64,000 bases of DNA from a virus: the IMG/VR virus record IMGVR_UViG_3300042731_005302; one strand, given 5' to 3'. This document shows, in pieces, positions 16,908 to 27,895 of this stretch. A program made the position numbers and the translations under genes. Numbering within the stretch: the first letter of the stretch is position 1; the number at the start of each line of letters is the position of its first letter. The notes under the pieces were generated by a model. The model was not told the origin of the DNA. It did not search any database and worked only from the letters and a program-made list of their open reading frames with translations.

Positions 16908-19027
16908 TGAGCGTACCTTTCTGCAAGGATACCTACGGTGCCGGCCCCAGGGGCAGAGTCGAATTTGATGCCTCTGCGGAATCCGTCATTGATGTAGGTG
17001 TAGTCGTCTTTTGCTACCAACGAGAGGTTGCCTGAGGCGCTCCAGTAGACAGCCACGGGCCGCCAGCCTGGGTCGAGCCACACGTCTGTGTCGCTGGCAC
17101 CTACAGTAGAGTCGAACTGTTCAGTGTCCCCAGGTGCGTGCGTCTTCTCACTGCGCCGCTGAAGATCGTCGCGCAAATCCTTGGCCGGGACAGATGCGCT
17201 GGCCCCAGTGGAGCCGGCCTGAACGAGAACACCATCGCTGGCAGCCAGGGCAACCGGGGTGCCGACCGCCGTGGCTTCGGTCTCCACCTGGGTCAGTCCC
17301 TGGAAGGTGGTCCGGCCATAGGAGGTGAATACATGCAACCGGTCTGTAACGGGATCTTTAGCCAGATGATTGATGGAATTGCTGGTCCCGGCCAACAAGT
17401 GTTGTGCACCTGCCGCAAACAGAGGCCGGTCAGCTGCCTCGATGGCATCAAGCTGATTATCGCTCGGAGTGGTGTTGGTGTACACCAGCCGGGTGAAAAC
17501 TGTCCCGTTGGCGATGGTTAGCGTTCCGGTCGCTTCGGATACGCCAGTCCAGTCGGCGATGGCGCGGCGGAAGTACCACACGCCTGACACCTGCTCCCAA
17601 CCGTAGCACTCGCCGCCGGTGGTGACGGTGGCCGTCAAGTCACTGGTGGCCGTGGTGGCTTGTAGACTGGCACCAGTGGCAACTACTGCGTGAGTCGCGG
17701 TGCCTGAGACGGAAGTGCTTGACCAGCTACGATCAGTTAGCGAGTCACCCGCCAGGCAAAGCTCCGTATCGCCCACCATGTAGGAAGTGGCATAATCTTT
17801 GGTGATGTAAGCCAAAGCGCTGTCAGAATTACTGCCCGATATCCCGTTTAACGAAAATAGAGCCTGCACTAGACCGGATGTAAAACCGTATGCGCCACAT
17901 CCACTGACCGTGTTCAGCACGGGACCAAATACTCTAGGATACCCAGCACCATAATGAAAATACTTATTCCACAGCCCGGTCAAATAACTGCCAGATCCTG
18001 AAAGTGCAGAGTCTGTGGATTTAAAGCAAGGGTATGTTCCTGCATCTTCTACGCATACCACGCCGTTTTCTATTCCTATAGCACCTACCGTCCGAGTCGT
18101 AGATGTAGAAGACACCGTACCATCCGCAGCAATACGGGATACTCCTCCATCGGTTGTTACGTAGATAGTGGGTTTAGGCAACCCAGTAGCCGGATCAATT
18201 GGGGCATCATCGAGTACCGTGATAGCTACGTCGTTACACTGCCCGCTCACCAGATCATATCCTGTTGGATCTAGCGAGTTACCTATCCCTGTCTCTCGTT
18301 CAGATATGAGCAGAGGCATCGGCCCTGTATGATCCTGCCCATAACGCACAAAACCATCCAAAATAAAATTTATGTCCGACGCGCCTCGCGTAGTATTACT
18401 GACAGCAGTGTTAGTAACTACGATTTGTCCGTTTTTCGCCGCCACCGCTGTCATACTTAGCGTGCCAGTGCCATACCACCCATAGGATTGTCCTGCTGCC
18501 GGCAAAACCATCCACATTGGAAAATCAACTTCAGTAAGGTCGTAGATAACGATTTGATCTTCTTCCACCACGATGGCGGCCACTGCCGGAAACTCCCGTT
18601 TGCTCCCCCTGGTGGACGTACTCAAAGTTTCGTTGTACCAGCTCGTATGCTGGCACCGTTGCCGCCAGGCTCCACCATCAGAGTCAAGCCGGGTGTCGTA
18701 GATACACACATCCACGATGTCGGTGGCAGTGGATAGCGCCGCCGAGAGGGCATTGAGGCCTAGGGCATCCAGGTCAACCGGGTTGTCCTGGTCGAATGAA
18801 CTGGCTCCCTCCAGGTAGGTCTGCATGGCTCCTATAGACGCCTGTAGCAGGTTAATCTGAGCCAAGAGAGAGGCCGCGCCATCCCTAGCCGCAATGACTT
18901 CAGATTCGGCATCATCAGCCTGCTGCCCGACAGACGCAGCCCCGGTAACCAAATCATTCAGCTTCTGGACATAGTCTGTCTGCTGAGCATAAAACTGAAT
19001 AGGATCAAAGCTGTAGGCCACGATCAA
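16904..19027 (-). CDS. putative tail fibre / receptor-binding protein
   Basis: 707 aa. The N-terminal helical segment (AESEVIAARDGAASLLAQINLLQ) is typical of fibre N-termini and is followed by a Gly/Thr/Ser-rich beta region. Position is downstream of the tape measure. Confidence 0.5.
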   Translation of the reverse strand: MIVAYSFDPIQFYAQQTDYVQKLNDLVTGAASVGQQADDAESEVIAARDGAASLLAQINLLQASIGAMQTYLEGASSFDQDNPVDLDALGLNALSAALSTATDIVDVCIYDTRLDSDGGAWRQRCQHTSWYNETLSTSTRGSKREFPAVAAIVVEEDQIVIYDLTEVDFPMWMVLPAAGQSYGWYGTGTLSMTAVAAKNGQIVVTNTAVSNTTRGASDINFILDGFVRYGQDHTGPMPLLISERETGIGNSLDPTGYDLVSGQCNDVAITVLDDAPIDPATGLPKPTIYVTTDGGVSRIAADGTVSSTSTTRTVGAIGIENGVVCVEDAGTYPCFKSTDSALSGSGSYLTGLWNKYFHYGAGYPRVFGPVLNTVSGCGAYGFTSGLVQALFSLNGISGSNSDSALAYITKDYATSYMVGDTELCLAGDSLTDRSWSSTSVSGTATHAVVATGASLQATTATSDLTATVTTGGECYGWEQVSGVWYFRRAIADWTGVSEATGTLTIANGTVFTRLVYTNTTPSDNQLDAIEAADRPLFAAGAQHLLAGTSNSINHLAKDPVTDRLHVFTSYGRTTFQGLTQVETEATAVGTPVALAASDGVLVQAGSTGASASVPAKDLRDDLQRRSEKTHAPGDTEQFDSTVGASDTDVWLDPGWRPVAVYWSASGNLSLVAKDDYTYINDGFRRGIKFDSAPGAGTVGILAERYAQ

Positions 19028-19860
19028 GTCTCCTGCATCTGAAAGGACTGAGAATAATGGGCATAGAAAGTATGAGTCTGCGGCGCATATTGAATCATCT
19101 TAGCCAGCATACTGTGATCCCGCTCTATTTCTCCGCCCAGCTCAGGATAGATTGATATAAAGAAATCTTTGGTCATCCCTACCACTCTGGTAAATTCTAA
19201 AAACTTTGGCCGGTCTACTTCAGACAGCATTTCTAAAGTAAATTGAAGCTGACGATAGGCAGCAGCAGGGTCGGAATAAAGAGTACCCCCAGCGGTTCTT
19301 TCTTGCTTTACCTTTTCATCCCATCCCAGTTGCATGCCGTAGGACGGGTTAAAAGATGCTCCTATGTAGGCCCCAAGATAGGCTCTGGAAACCTGCATAT
19401 AACCATCAGGGTTAGCTGAATCTTTTATCGTAAGTTTGAATGATGCGGCGGCTACTGCATCAAACCAGATTTCTGACCAGTACACCCCCCAAGAATCAAA
19501 TACGGAGGCTTCAAGCGGGTCGATACCCCACAACAGATCACCCAACGTCTTAGCGTCATAAGGAGATATCTCCCCAGAGTCATAAACCTTCGTTCCTGCC
19601 TGGTTCGCTAAAGGGTAAAGCTCAAGCTGAATAGTAGCGTTAGAAGTAAAGTTATGTCTCCAGAGAACTAGACTGGAGACCAACTTAGCTACAGATAGAT
19701 TCCCTAAGATAGTTTGAGTGGACAGCCCCGTGGTTCTAGCCACTTTAGAGCGGCTGATGTTCTGCAGGTTCTCTTCAGGCAGTGTAGTAACGAGCGCCGG
19801 AGACGCAGACAGGGTGGCCGTGTCTATGGCGTTGTCGTACACAATCCGCATTCTGCTCAT
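19024..19860 (-). CDS. minor tail protein
   Basis: 278 aa, second gene after the tape measure, coupled overlaps. Confidence 0.5.
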   Translation of the reverse strand: MSRMRIVYDNAIDTATLSASPALVTTLPEENLQNISRSKVARTTGLSTQTILGNLSVAKLVSSLVLWRHNFTSNATIQLELYPLANQAGTKVYDSGEISPYDAKTLGDLLWGIDPLEASVFDSWGVYWSEIWFDAVAAASFKLTIKDSANPDGYMQVSRAYLGAYIGASFNPSYGMQLGWDEKVKQERTAGGTLYSDPAAAYRQLQFTLEMLSEVDRPKFLEFTRVVGMTKDFFISIYPELGGEIERDHSMLAKMIQYAPQTHTFYAHYSQSFQMQET

Positions 19861-21263
19861 CGCCAGAGATCCAACGTAATTCGGTTACGGGTAGGCTGCT
19901 GGGAGATGCCAACAACCACGGCGGTCTGACCGGAAGAGAATCCGAACCTGGAATGAGTCAAAGTAATGGTTTGTCCTATCTGCACTTGGAACGGCGCTCC
20001 AAATCCTTCAAGCCTGTACTGAGTCCGCTTAGACCCGCGCAAGGTCTTACGGCGGTCAGCTTCTGTCTGAGCATTTGTAGATGATACTATTAAAGTCTCT
20101 ACGGTGTCAGGTGTCAGTGCCAATGGGTGGTTGGTCGTGATGCTGGAGTTATCAGAGGAGACGGTACTATAAGGGCTGCTGTACAGATCCCGGTTGGCAG
20201 CGGATACAACGCCTGCTATAGAGCCAGCATCCTGCACCCCCCAGTTCTTCTTGTAACCCAATGTCACTCGTTTGTAAGGTTCCTCCTGCTCCGAGACGGA
20301 TAGCCCCCTTTCTATCACATCGTCTTCTACCAGAGACAGGACAGATGTACCTGGAGCCTCCAGGCGTACAATCTGCAGTAATCCCAGCCTGGAGAATCGT
20401 GCCACGCCCCCGACAGAGGACATCACATCGTCTATACACTCGGCGATGGTCCGTTGATCCCTGATGTAGAGACCCAGTCCGTAGGTAGCAGGGAAAGCCG
20501 CCAGATTCGTACTGTCGATGTCAGAAGAAGAAATCTCAGGGGACCTCAAGGCCAGCCATTCAACCATCTCCTCTGCTGTGCCGTCAGTGTCTCCAGTAAT
20601 GTCACAGGTCAAAAATCCAGAAGGGCTTGCCGCTAGGGTAAAAGTTCCGTCACTATTGTCGGTATAAGCTACAGTATTGCCATTGACTCGAACATCAGTT
20701 ACTGACGCATTTCCGTCCTCATGGAATTGATAAATAAGATTAGCAGCATCGTTTACCCTAGGAACCGCGTTAAAAATAGTCCCCAAGCTGATAGGTACTA
20801 CCTCCTCGCTATCCAGCAACGTGGTCTGCACCACCTCCTGCAGCAACTCTCGCTTGTCCCTAATCTCAAATTCTAGTTTTGCGGGAGAAGATGACGAGAT
20901 GCCGGCATTCGTGCCTGAGACAATCAAGCGGAAATCATCCCTGTCCCAGTCTGGAGCCCCGAGGTAGTATTTTAGTGGCCAGCCAACCCAGTTCCTGGTC
21001 AACCAAGAATCCCTGACTCCGTCTGAATTGTCTATGTAAGCTTTGCCGAAGGTTACTTCCCCATCTATTGAAGAGTTTACTTCTGGGACATCCAACAGAA
21101 TATCGTCGTAGGCCGTATTTGCCGGGGTGTCAGATGGGGACGAAACAAAGGCGCTAGAACCAATGTATTCAGTGCCGGAGCTGTGAGTGGCTTCAATCAG
21201 AACACAGCGTTCCTTGCCTGTATCAGCCAGCCAATCTGCGTAAGCAGCATCTGAGATCGCCAT
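19857..21263 (-). CDS. minor tail protein (distal tail candidate)
   Basis: 468 aa. Starts 1 nt after the tape-measure stop. Confidence 0.5.
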   Translation of the reverse strand: MAISDAAYADWLADTGKERCVLIEATHSSGTEYIGSSAFVSSPSDTPANTAYDDILLDVPEVNSSIDGEVTFGKAYIDNSDGVRDSWLTRNWVGWPLKYYLGAPDWDRDDFRLIVSGTNAGISSSSPAKLEFEIRDKRELLQEVVQTTLLDSEEVVPISLGTIFNAVPRVNDAANLIYQFHEDGNASVTDVRVNGNTVAYTDNSDGTFTLAASPSGFLTCDITGDTDGTAEEMVEWLALRSPEISSSDIDSTNLAAFPATYGLGLYIRDQRTIAECIDDVMSSVGGVARFSRLGLLQIVRLEAPGTSVLSLVEDDVIERGLSVSEQEEPYKRVTLGYKKNWGVQDAGSIAGVVSAANRDLYSSPYSTVSSDNSSITTNHPLALTPDTVETLIVSSTNAQTEADRRKTLRGSKRTQYRLEGFGAPFQVQIGQTITLTHSRFGFSSGQTAVVVGISQQPTRNRITLDLWR

Positions 21264-24200
21264 TTACGCCACCTTCTTGGTCTTCACAGACCGTGTTGCC
21301 TGACGCCGCGTGGCCTCTTCAGTGGCGTCCACTTCACGATCACTGAGGGTCTGACGCTGCTGCACGGACTTATTGTGCTGATCAGCCAGCTCTTTTCGCA
21401 ACTGCACAACCTCAGCCTTCAAACTGCGGATCTCATCCGCTGTCTCAGACTCACCACGACTGTAGGAGTAATCCCGATATTCTGGGTCATTGCTGGCCTG
21501 GACCTTGATACCGTAACGCTCCAAGATATCAGAACTTACTGGGTCGATAATCTTCTCACCTCGGTGGACCATGGCCAACTGATCCTCAGGCACAGACTTC
21601 GTTCCTATATCGTAGGAGGGGAAACCCAGGCCAATGTTTAAGCTGCGAGCATTGTCCCATATCTTGCCCGTATTGAGGGCAATATTCCAAAGCTGTCCAA
21701 TGTAGGCAGAAATATTCTCTGCCGTAGCTCTCTGCCAGTTGTCTTGTCCGTCAACTGCCACAGTGGTGCCTGTCGTTGTGGCGATGATATTTTGCAGGTA
21801 CGGAGATAGCTTTAGCCGTTCGTTCTCAGGCAGCTGATTAAGGATCGTTCCAACAGCCTGTATAGCACTGTTCGCATCTGCTGCTGTCACAGCATCCCGC
21901 AAAGACATCAAAGCGGAGTCCATGCCTTCCAGCCCGGAAAGCCCCGTAAGGCTGGCTTCTATGGTTTGAGCCATAATGTCGCCAAGGAGCCCAATATTAA
22001 CGCCCATGCGGGTAGCTAAATCGAAGATATCGACATGAAGGCTCTCGGCAAACGCTGCCAAGTTCTTGGCAAACCCGGCATCAATCTTGTTGAGGTTGAA
22101 GCCTAGGTCCTTTGCCAGCTCATGGATGCTCACACCTTGCTGATGCATCAGCTCCCACACAGACACGTCCAGAGCCAAGCCCAGGTCTCCCAGGGTACGG
22201 GACAGGTCTACAGCCAGCAGAGCCCGCTCAGCGGCGCTCTCACGCTGCTCCAGGGTATTTCTCTGAGACTCAAGTGAAGATAGAGTAGATGAAGTCGAAT
22301 ACGAAGAAGTCACCGGAGCCGTTGGCTCTGTAGCTTTGCTCAACTGATCTGACAGGCCTTCCAAGTCCTGGTTAACCTTGTTGAAGCCCAGCACATAATC
22401 AGGACTGGAAGCATAATAATCCTGCAAGGCTTTCAGCAGTTCGTCAGCTCGCTTGGTGATGTTGGACAGATCGGCTTCATCGCCTGCCTTGGCTCCTGCC
22501 AGGGTCTCATTGTAAGCAGCTTGAGCAGCGTCCAACTTTTCTTTCGGGGTGAGCGGGCTCAGCGTACCCTGGGCTAGGGAATCAAGGTAATCGGCAATAC
22601 GCTCAGCAGCCGCTATGCTGGCCTGATAGCGGCGCATCTCAGTGTTGTAAAGGTCCTGAGCCGCGTCTTGACGCTTCTGCAGAAGCTCCATCTCTGCCTG
22701 CATCTGCCGGTCTATGCTTTCGATAGCTTTCTGATTGGGGGTTCCATACAACTGCCCAACCAGATCCTCTATCATCCTCTGTGCATTCCAGATAGCCCAC
22801 TCAACCTTTTCTGTGGCAACCTTTTGTATCTGAGCCAATTGAGCCTGAGAAGCCCCATACTGCCGGGCGGTTCTAATGGCATCCTCAGTCCATATAGCGA
22901 TACTACGCATCTCCTGACCGAACTCAGACAACATCAGGCCAGCCAACTGGTCGTCCACTTCTTCCATGAGGTCGGTTAACGGTTGCATCGCTTCATAGAA
23001 CTGATCCAAAGCGGGGACCATGGCTATTAACTGACCGTACAACCTCCTACCGGCTTCAGTGGATAGGTCAATTCCCCTGACCAAGTCAGAGAAAGCGTCT
23101 CTGGAATCCGGCAAAACCAGGTTAAGCTCTTGGAACTGCTGCTCAAGATCCTCTTTAGCAGCAACCACTTGAGCTGTCAGGCCCCCAAAATTCTGCTGAT
23201 ACACAGCGAAGCCTGCCAGGAACTCCTCAAACCCGCCGGCTGCTTCCTCAATCTGAGAGATAGCAGTCTCATCCAACTGATCTCCGAATTGAGCTGCCAG
23301 CTCCTGCATGATCTTCCAGCGGTAGATCAACTCGTTACCAGCTTGGATCAGCTCCTCATTATTCCAGCCTTCACTTCCAGCCTGTTGAATCAACTCCTGC
23401 AGCTCATCAGATAGGACTCTATCGATGTCGTAGAAGGCGTCGCGATACCTATCTACCACCAACTGGCCAGCCCACATAGGCCAAGTAAAGTCTACGTGGC
23501 CAGACCCCCTATCTTCTAGAGTAGTGTTTGCGGCCTCGATCTGAGCTTCAGTAAGAATGGTCATTAACTGCTGGTCGGCAGCATCGATAAATCTCTGTAT
23601 GTGGTCCTGGGCCTGCTGCTCAAGATCATCCGTATATCCAAAAGCGGCCCCTCCCAGCGGGCCTTGCATCTGGAACCCATACTCAGGATCGTCCTCAAAC
23701 AGGCTGCCTAGTGCTCCGCCTATTACGGCCCCTGCGACGGCCCCAACAGGGCCTGCGGCCCAGCCTAAACTTCCCAGTGCGGTTCCTATAGCGCCAGACC
23801 CGGTAGCTAGGCCGTACCCTAAAGTTGAGCCCACACTGCCCAGCATACCGCCTGATTGCCCACCTATGGCATTCCCCAGAAACCCGCCGGCCAGTCCTGA
23901 CAGTCCGTAACCAAAATTAGCCCCACCAAACAGGTTGTTTCCCAGGCCTAGGAAATCGGCAGCATTGTTCAGGCCTGTGGCCGTGCTGTTACCCCCAAAC
24001 CCAGACAGCAGAGAAGACCCACCGCCGGCAGAAGCCTGCCCGCTGAACATGCCGCTGATAGTGTTCTGAACCGGAGCTACGATGGCCTGAATAATAGGCC
24101 TCAGGACCAAAGTCTTGAATAGATTCTCCAGCGTGTCCTTGAAGGTTTCAGCAAAGTCCCCGCCAGACTCGAACGACCGCATGAGAGCATCAGTGAGACT

Positions 24201-27200
24201 CTTCTCTATGGTGTCAGCTACTTTCTTGAACTGAGCCTCTATCTCGTTGCTTTCAGCCTCTTGGGCTTTTATTTTCTCTCTACGCTTTTCCTCATCAGCC
24301 AACTTCTGCCGCACAGAAACAAGACGCTCCAATACTTCTACTTCCGCTACGGTAGCCGTGGCGAAGTCAATGGAAGCCAGCTTCTGCTTCGCAATGACAA
24401 GGGCTGCCTGCTCTCTTACTTTATTGGTCTCGCCATGAAGTTTAAGACTGATCTCTAGGAGGTCATTCTCTTCCTTCATTTTTTCGGCTTTTTCTTCCAG
24501 CTTCCTTACGTCTCCGTAGAGTTCCTTCTCTGTTTTGACTATAGCATCTGCCAGATCGTTACGCTCCTTAAAGAGACTCTGAACTTCGGCCCAAGCCTGC
24601 TTAACACGGCTAACATCAGTTTGTTCTTTCGTAAGTTTCTGCCACTTGGCTATAGCATCAGACAGGCTGCCATTTAATTCTTTCAGCCTCTTTTGGGCTG
24701 ATTTTATATCCTTATCTGGCAGAAGGCCGTCGTTCATATTCTTCTGCATGCTGGCAAATTCCATTCGTTGCTTGTGGATTACGCTAGTTAAGCTCTCCGT
24801 AGATTTTGTCGTATGAGATTGCTGCTTGGCCAAATCCTTTAAAGACAGCCCGAGCTGCTTGGCTTGGATATATGCACCCTGCTCAGCAGCAGACAAACGT
24901 TCAAATATCTCTTTCCCTCTGTATCCTTTATCGAATAACTCAGTAATATGCAGGGACAAAGATTCTATATTGTTGCGTAACTCCGTAGCTTGTTCTTTAG
25001 ACAACCCGGCTATAAACTCCCCCTTCTGCAGCTTCTGCATGTCTTGTAACCAAGCAAGAGCTAGAGTGTGAATCTCATCGAAAACACTTTTCTGCCCTTC
25101 TACAATAGCCGTAGCCGCTGCCACCCCAGCCTGCCCAACCTTATGCAAGGTAGCTTCAACTGCATGTAATGCAGAGTCTACTGCCTCAAGTTCAGCGCGA
25201 GCTTGTTCTAGCGCCGGATCAAGCTGGGTTATGGCTTCCGGGGCTGCCCCCATATCCCTATAGGTAGCCTGTAACTGTTCTAGGCGATCTATGGTATCTT
25301 CAAGCCCGGCCTTCTTACTCAACAGCTCGTCCAAAGACCTGCCAAGCTCTATCTTATTGGCAGCTTCAGACAACCGAATCGCTTCTTGGGTCAGTTCCGC
25401 ATGACGGCCTGTAGCAACCTCCAGCTTATGGGTTAAGCTATTTACTTTTTTCTGAGCCTCTTCAACCTCTTTAGCGTAAGCTCCAGTAGCTCCATTCATA
25501 CGAGCATACGTGCCCAGCAATTGCGAAGCTAAATTCAACTGCTGCTGTAAATCTTCGACCTTATCGCCAGAAGTCTCAGCGGATCTCCAAGCTTCATTAG
25601 AGCGTTCCATAGCCTGTGTTAACGCCTCGTACTCGGCCTTAACTTGTTGCATGGAAAGAACCTGTTGATCTGTAGCCTCCCTTAAAGCCTTAGTGGCTTC
25701 CTCAGAATTCCACAGCTCTTCTGTCCATTGCTCAAACTCGGGAGACAGAGCTTTAGCCAGTTCATACAGGGCAGTACCGGCAATCAAAGCCAAGCCGATT
25801 CCTCCGCCTCCCTTCATAACCTTGCCTAGCGAACCAAACTTAGAACCGAGCTTACCCGCCTCAGCTGTCGCCTTGGACATCCCAGCAGCAGCCCCTTCGG
25901 CTGCTGCTTTAGTTCCTTGCAAGCCTTTAACCCCATCAACAAGCCCTTTTCCTAGGCTGAGCAGGCCGCCGGCAGCTAAGCGAGCTGTCAGAAGTCCAAT
26001 AAGGATGGCCAATGACTTACCCAGCAACTCAATAGCGCTTGCTAGGGATCTGACCCTGTCCTCATTCTCCGTCAATTCAACAATGTATTGAGTAAAGTAT
26101 TGAATATTGCTGCGAATGTCGTCCCCAAACACCTCCAGAATTTGGATGCCCAATTCCGTTAAAGCAGAAATAAGCTTCTTCCAGTCCGCCCCTATCGTGT
26201 CCTCGATAGTCTCCTGCATTTTCTTAGCGGAGCCGGCTGCATCTAGGTTGGCCTCATACAGCTCTCGGAGATCGCTTACCGCTAACCCAGTGGTTGCAGA
26301 TAACTCCTTTATGGTCCCATCAACTTCCTCTATCGATTGAGCCCCGGTCTTAGCAGAATCCACCAAGGCAACAAACGCCGTAGATGCCCTAACCCCTACG
26401 ATGTCAGCCAGTTCTCTAATACCCCCACGCCCTGCATCTATGGCTTTAGCCATATCCTCTAGGATGTCGATAAGGGGCCTGGTCTTACCAGCGCTGTCCA
26501 GAGCCGACACTCCCAAGCGTTCAAACGCTTTGGCACCCGCTGCCGTGGGATTGTACAGTCGCATGAGCGTCCTGCGTAGGCCCGTGCCGGCGCGTGAGGC
26601 CTTGATACCGGAGTTATGCAGGACCTCCGCAGAAGCCGCTATGGCCTCAAGAGAGACGCCGTAAGCCTGTGCCACTGGGGCAGCATAAGAAAGAGTGTTG
26701 CCGATCTGCTCAAGGGTGGCATTGGACGAGGTGATGGCTTGAGCCATGACATCAACGATACGCTGAGTGTCGCTGGCCTGCAGGCCGAATCCGTGCATGA
26801 TGTTGGTAACAATATCGGCAGCCCGGCCAAAGTCCGTCATGCCGATGGATGCTACTTGCAGGGTGGGCTCCAGGGCTTGGATGGCTTGGTCTGAAGACAA
26901 TCCGGCCATGCCTAACTGGACCAGGGCTTCGCCGGTTTCAGTAGCAGTAAAAATCGTCCTCTTCGCCACGTCCCTGGCATACTTGCCCATCTTTTCCGTC
27001 TCTTTGTTGGTGGCAGACATTACTGCCTGAGCGCGAGCGAGCTTATCGGAGAATTCGGTGTAAGCAGTGATGGCTGCCCTGGTAGCAGCGGTAAGGGCAA
27101 AGATGGCAGCCGAGGCCCCTAACAGGCCCTGGGAATAGACAGAGATGTGCCTGCCCATTCCATCGAAGACGTTACGGGCAAGGCCTGTGACAGCGTTGAG

Positions 27201-27857
27201 GCTCTTTGTGGCGGCAGTGGTCCTGACTTGAGCTGCGCCAAGCCCCTTCATCTGAGCCGTAAGCCGCTTAAGCTGCGCCAGCTCAGCAGCTCCGCCTACT
27301 CCCGTCTTGAGGGCATTCTGTAGCTTGCGGGCCTTGACCACCGTAGCGGACATTTCCTTACCCAGGCCCTTGGCATGCTTTTCCAGGTCAAGGAAAACTT
27401 TGTTCTGCTCGTTGAGCCTAGCAGCATCGGCCCGAAGCTTTATGACCTTGGCCGAGGACTCGGCCAGAGCCTTGTTGTATTCTTTCTGAGCTTTTAACTG
27501 AGCGTCTAAAGCAGCATCACGCCTAGCTGAAGGCTTACGCATTGCCTCAAGCTTCGCCGTTTTTGCCAGAATGTCATATATTTGTTTAGACTGCTGAAGG
27601 ATAACTGCATTCTTGCGAGAAAATTCTGTAACCTGAGCAGTTAATTTTGCTTGCTTATTTGTTTGGTCGATAACTCCCTTAGCGAAGTTATTTATCGGGG
27701 CTTCAGAGTATGCTTTTGCTATAGAGGCCCGCAGTCCGTCTGCTGCGTCAGATCCCTTCTCCAAACCTAAGATAAAATTCTTTAGAGACGTATCCAGCTT
27801 AGCGAATACCTTCTCAGGTTGCGCGTCCCCTAAAGTAAGCTCAAACATATTAGCCAT
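21264..27857 (-). CDS. tail tape measure protein (2197 aa)
   Basis: TP901-type core (TETGEALVQLGMAGLSSDQAIQAL...SNATLEQIGNTLSYAAPVAQAYG), extended coiled coils and a Gly-rich hydrophobic block. The chaperone pair lies immediately upstream. Confidence 0.85.
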   Translation of the reverse strand: MANMFELTLGDAQPEKVFAKLDTSLKNFILGLEKGSDAADGLRASIAKAYSEAPINNFAKGVIDQTNKQAKLTAQVTEFSRKNAVILQQSKQIYDILAKTAKLEAMRKPSARRDAALDAQLKAQKEYNKALAESSAKVIKLRADAARLNEQNKVFLDLEKHAKGLGKEMSATVVKARKLQNALKTGVGGAAELAQLKRLTAQMKGLGAAQVRTTAATKSLNAVTGLARNVFDGMGRHISVYSQGLLGASAAIFALTAATRAAITAYTEFSDKLARAQAVMSATNKETEKMGKYARDVAKRTIFTATETGEALVQLGMAGLSSDQAIQALEPTLQVASIGMTDFGRAADIVTNIMHGFGLQASDTQRIVDVMAQAITSSNATLEQIGNTLSYAAPVAQAYGVSLEAIAASAEVLHNSGIKASRAGTGLRRTLMRLYNPTAAGAKAFERLGVSALDSAGKTRPLIDILEDMAKAIDAGRGGIRELADIVGVRASTAFVALVDSAKTGAQSIEEVDGTIKELSATTGLAVSDLRELYEANLDAAGSAKKMQETIEDTIGADWKKLISALTELGIQILEVFGDDIRSNIQYFTQYIVELTENEDRVRSLASAIELLGKSLAILIGLLTARLAAGGLLSLGKGLVDGVKGLQGTKAAAEGAAAGMSKATAEAGKLGSKFGSLGKVMKGGGGIGLALIAGTALYELAKALSPEFEQWTEELWNSEEATKALREATDQQVLSMQQVKAEYEALTQAMERSNEAWRSAETSGDKVEDLQQQLNLASQLLGTYARMNGATGAYAKEVEEAQKKVNSLTHKLEVATGRHAELTQEAIRLSEAANKIELGRSLDELLSKKAGLEDTIDRLEQLQATYRDMGAAPEAITQLDPALEQARAELEAVDSALHAVEATLHKVGQAGVAAATAIVEGQKSVFDEIHTLALAWLQDMQKLQKGEFIAGLSKEQATELRNNIESLSLHITELFDKGYRGKEIFERLSAAEQGAYIQAKQLGLSLKDLAKQQSHTTKSTESLTSVIHKQRMEFASMQKNMNDGLLPDKDIKSAQKRLKELNGSLSDAIAKWQKLTKEQTDVSRVKQAWAEVQSLFKERNDLADAIVKTEKELYGDVRKLEEKAEKMKEENDLLEISLKLHGETNKVREQAALVIAKQKLASIDFATATVAEVEVLERLVSVRQKLADEEKRREKIKAQEAESNEIEAQFKKVADTIEKSLTDALMRSFESGGDFAETFKDTLENLFKTLVLRPIIQAIVAPVQNTISGMFSGQASAGGGSSLLSGFGGNSTATGLNNAADFLGLGNNLFGGANFGYGLSGLAGGFLGNAIGGQSGGMLGSVGSTLGYGLATGSGAIGTALGSLGWAAGPVGAVAGAVIGGALGSLFEDDPEYGFQMQGPLGGAAFGYTDDLEQQAQDHIQRFIDAADQQLMTILTEAQIEAANTTLEDRGSGHVDFTWPMWAGQLVVDRYRDAFYDIDRVLSDELQELIQQAGSEGWNNEELIQAGNELIYRWKIMQELAAQFGDQLDETAISQIEEAAGGFEEFLAGFAVYQQNFGGLTAQVVAAKEDLEQQFQELNLVLPDSRDAFSDLVRGIDLSTEAGRRLYGQLIAMVPALDQFYEAMQPLTDLMEEVDDQLAGLMLSEFGQEMRSIAIWTEDAIRTARQYGASQAQLAQIQKVATEKVEWAIWNAQRMIEDLVGQLYGTPNQKAIESIDRQMQAEMELLQKRQDAAQDLYNTEMRRYQASIAAAERIADYLDSLAQGTLSPLTPKEKLDAAQAAYNETLAGAKAGDEADLSNITKRADELLKALQDYYASSPDYVLGFNKVNQDLEGLSDQLSKATEPTAPVTSSYSTSSTLSSLESQRNTLEQRESAAERALLAVDLSRTLGDLGLALDVSVWELMHQQGVSIHELAKDLGFNLNKIDAGFAKNLAAFAESLHVDIFDLATRMGVNIGLLGDIMAQTIEASLTGLSGLEGMDSALMSLRDAVTAADANSAIQAVGTILNQLPENERLKLSPYLQNIIATTTGTTVAVDGQDNWQRATAENISAYIGQLWNIALNTGKIWDNARSLNIGLGFPSYDIGTKSVPEDQLAMVHRGEKIIDPVSSDILERYGIKVQASNDPEYRDYSYSRGESETADEIRSLKAEVVQLRKELADQHNKSVQQRQTLSDREVDATEEATRRQATRSVKTKKVA

Positions 27858-27895
27858 CGTAGGCCACCTTGTCTACAGATATGCAGTCAAAACAG

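Noticed and set aside
21375-27489. About fifteen plus-strand ORFs (60-132 aa) inside the tape-measure gene.
   Set aside because: All are antisense to a continuous 2197-aa ORF with recognisable TMP motifs. Their low-complexity Ser/Pro/Leu content is what the reverse strand of an Ala/Glu/Leu-rich gene produces.
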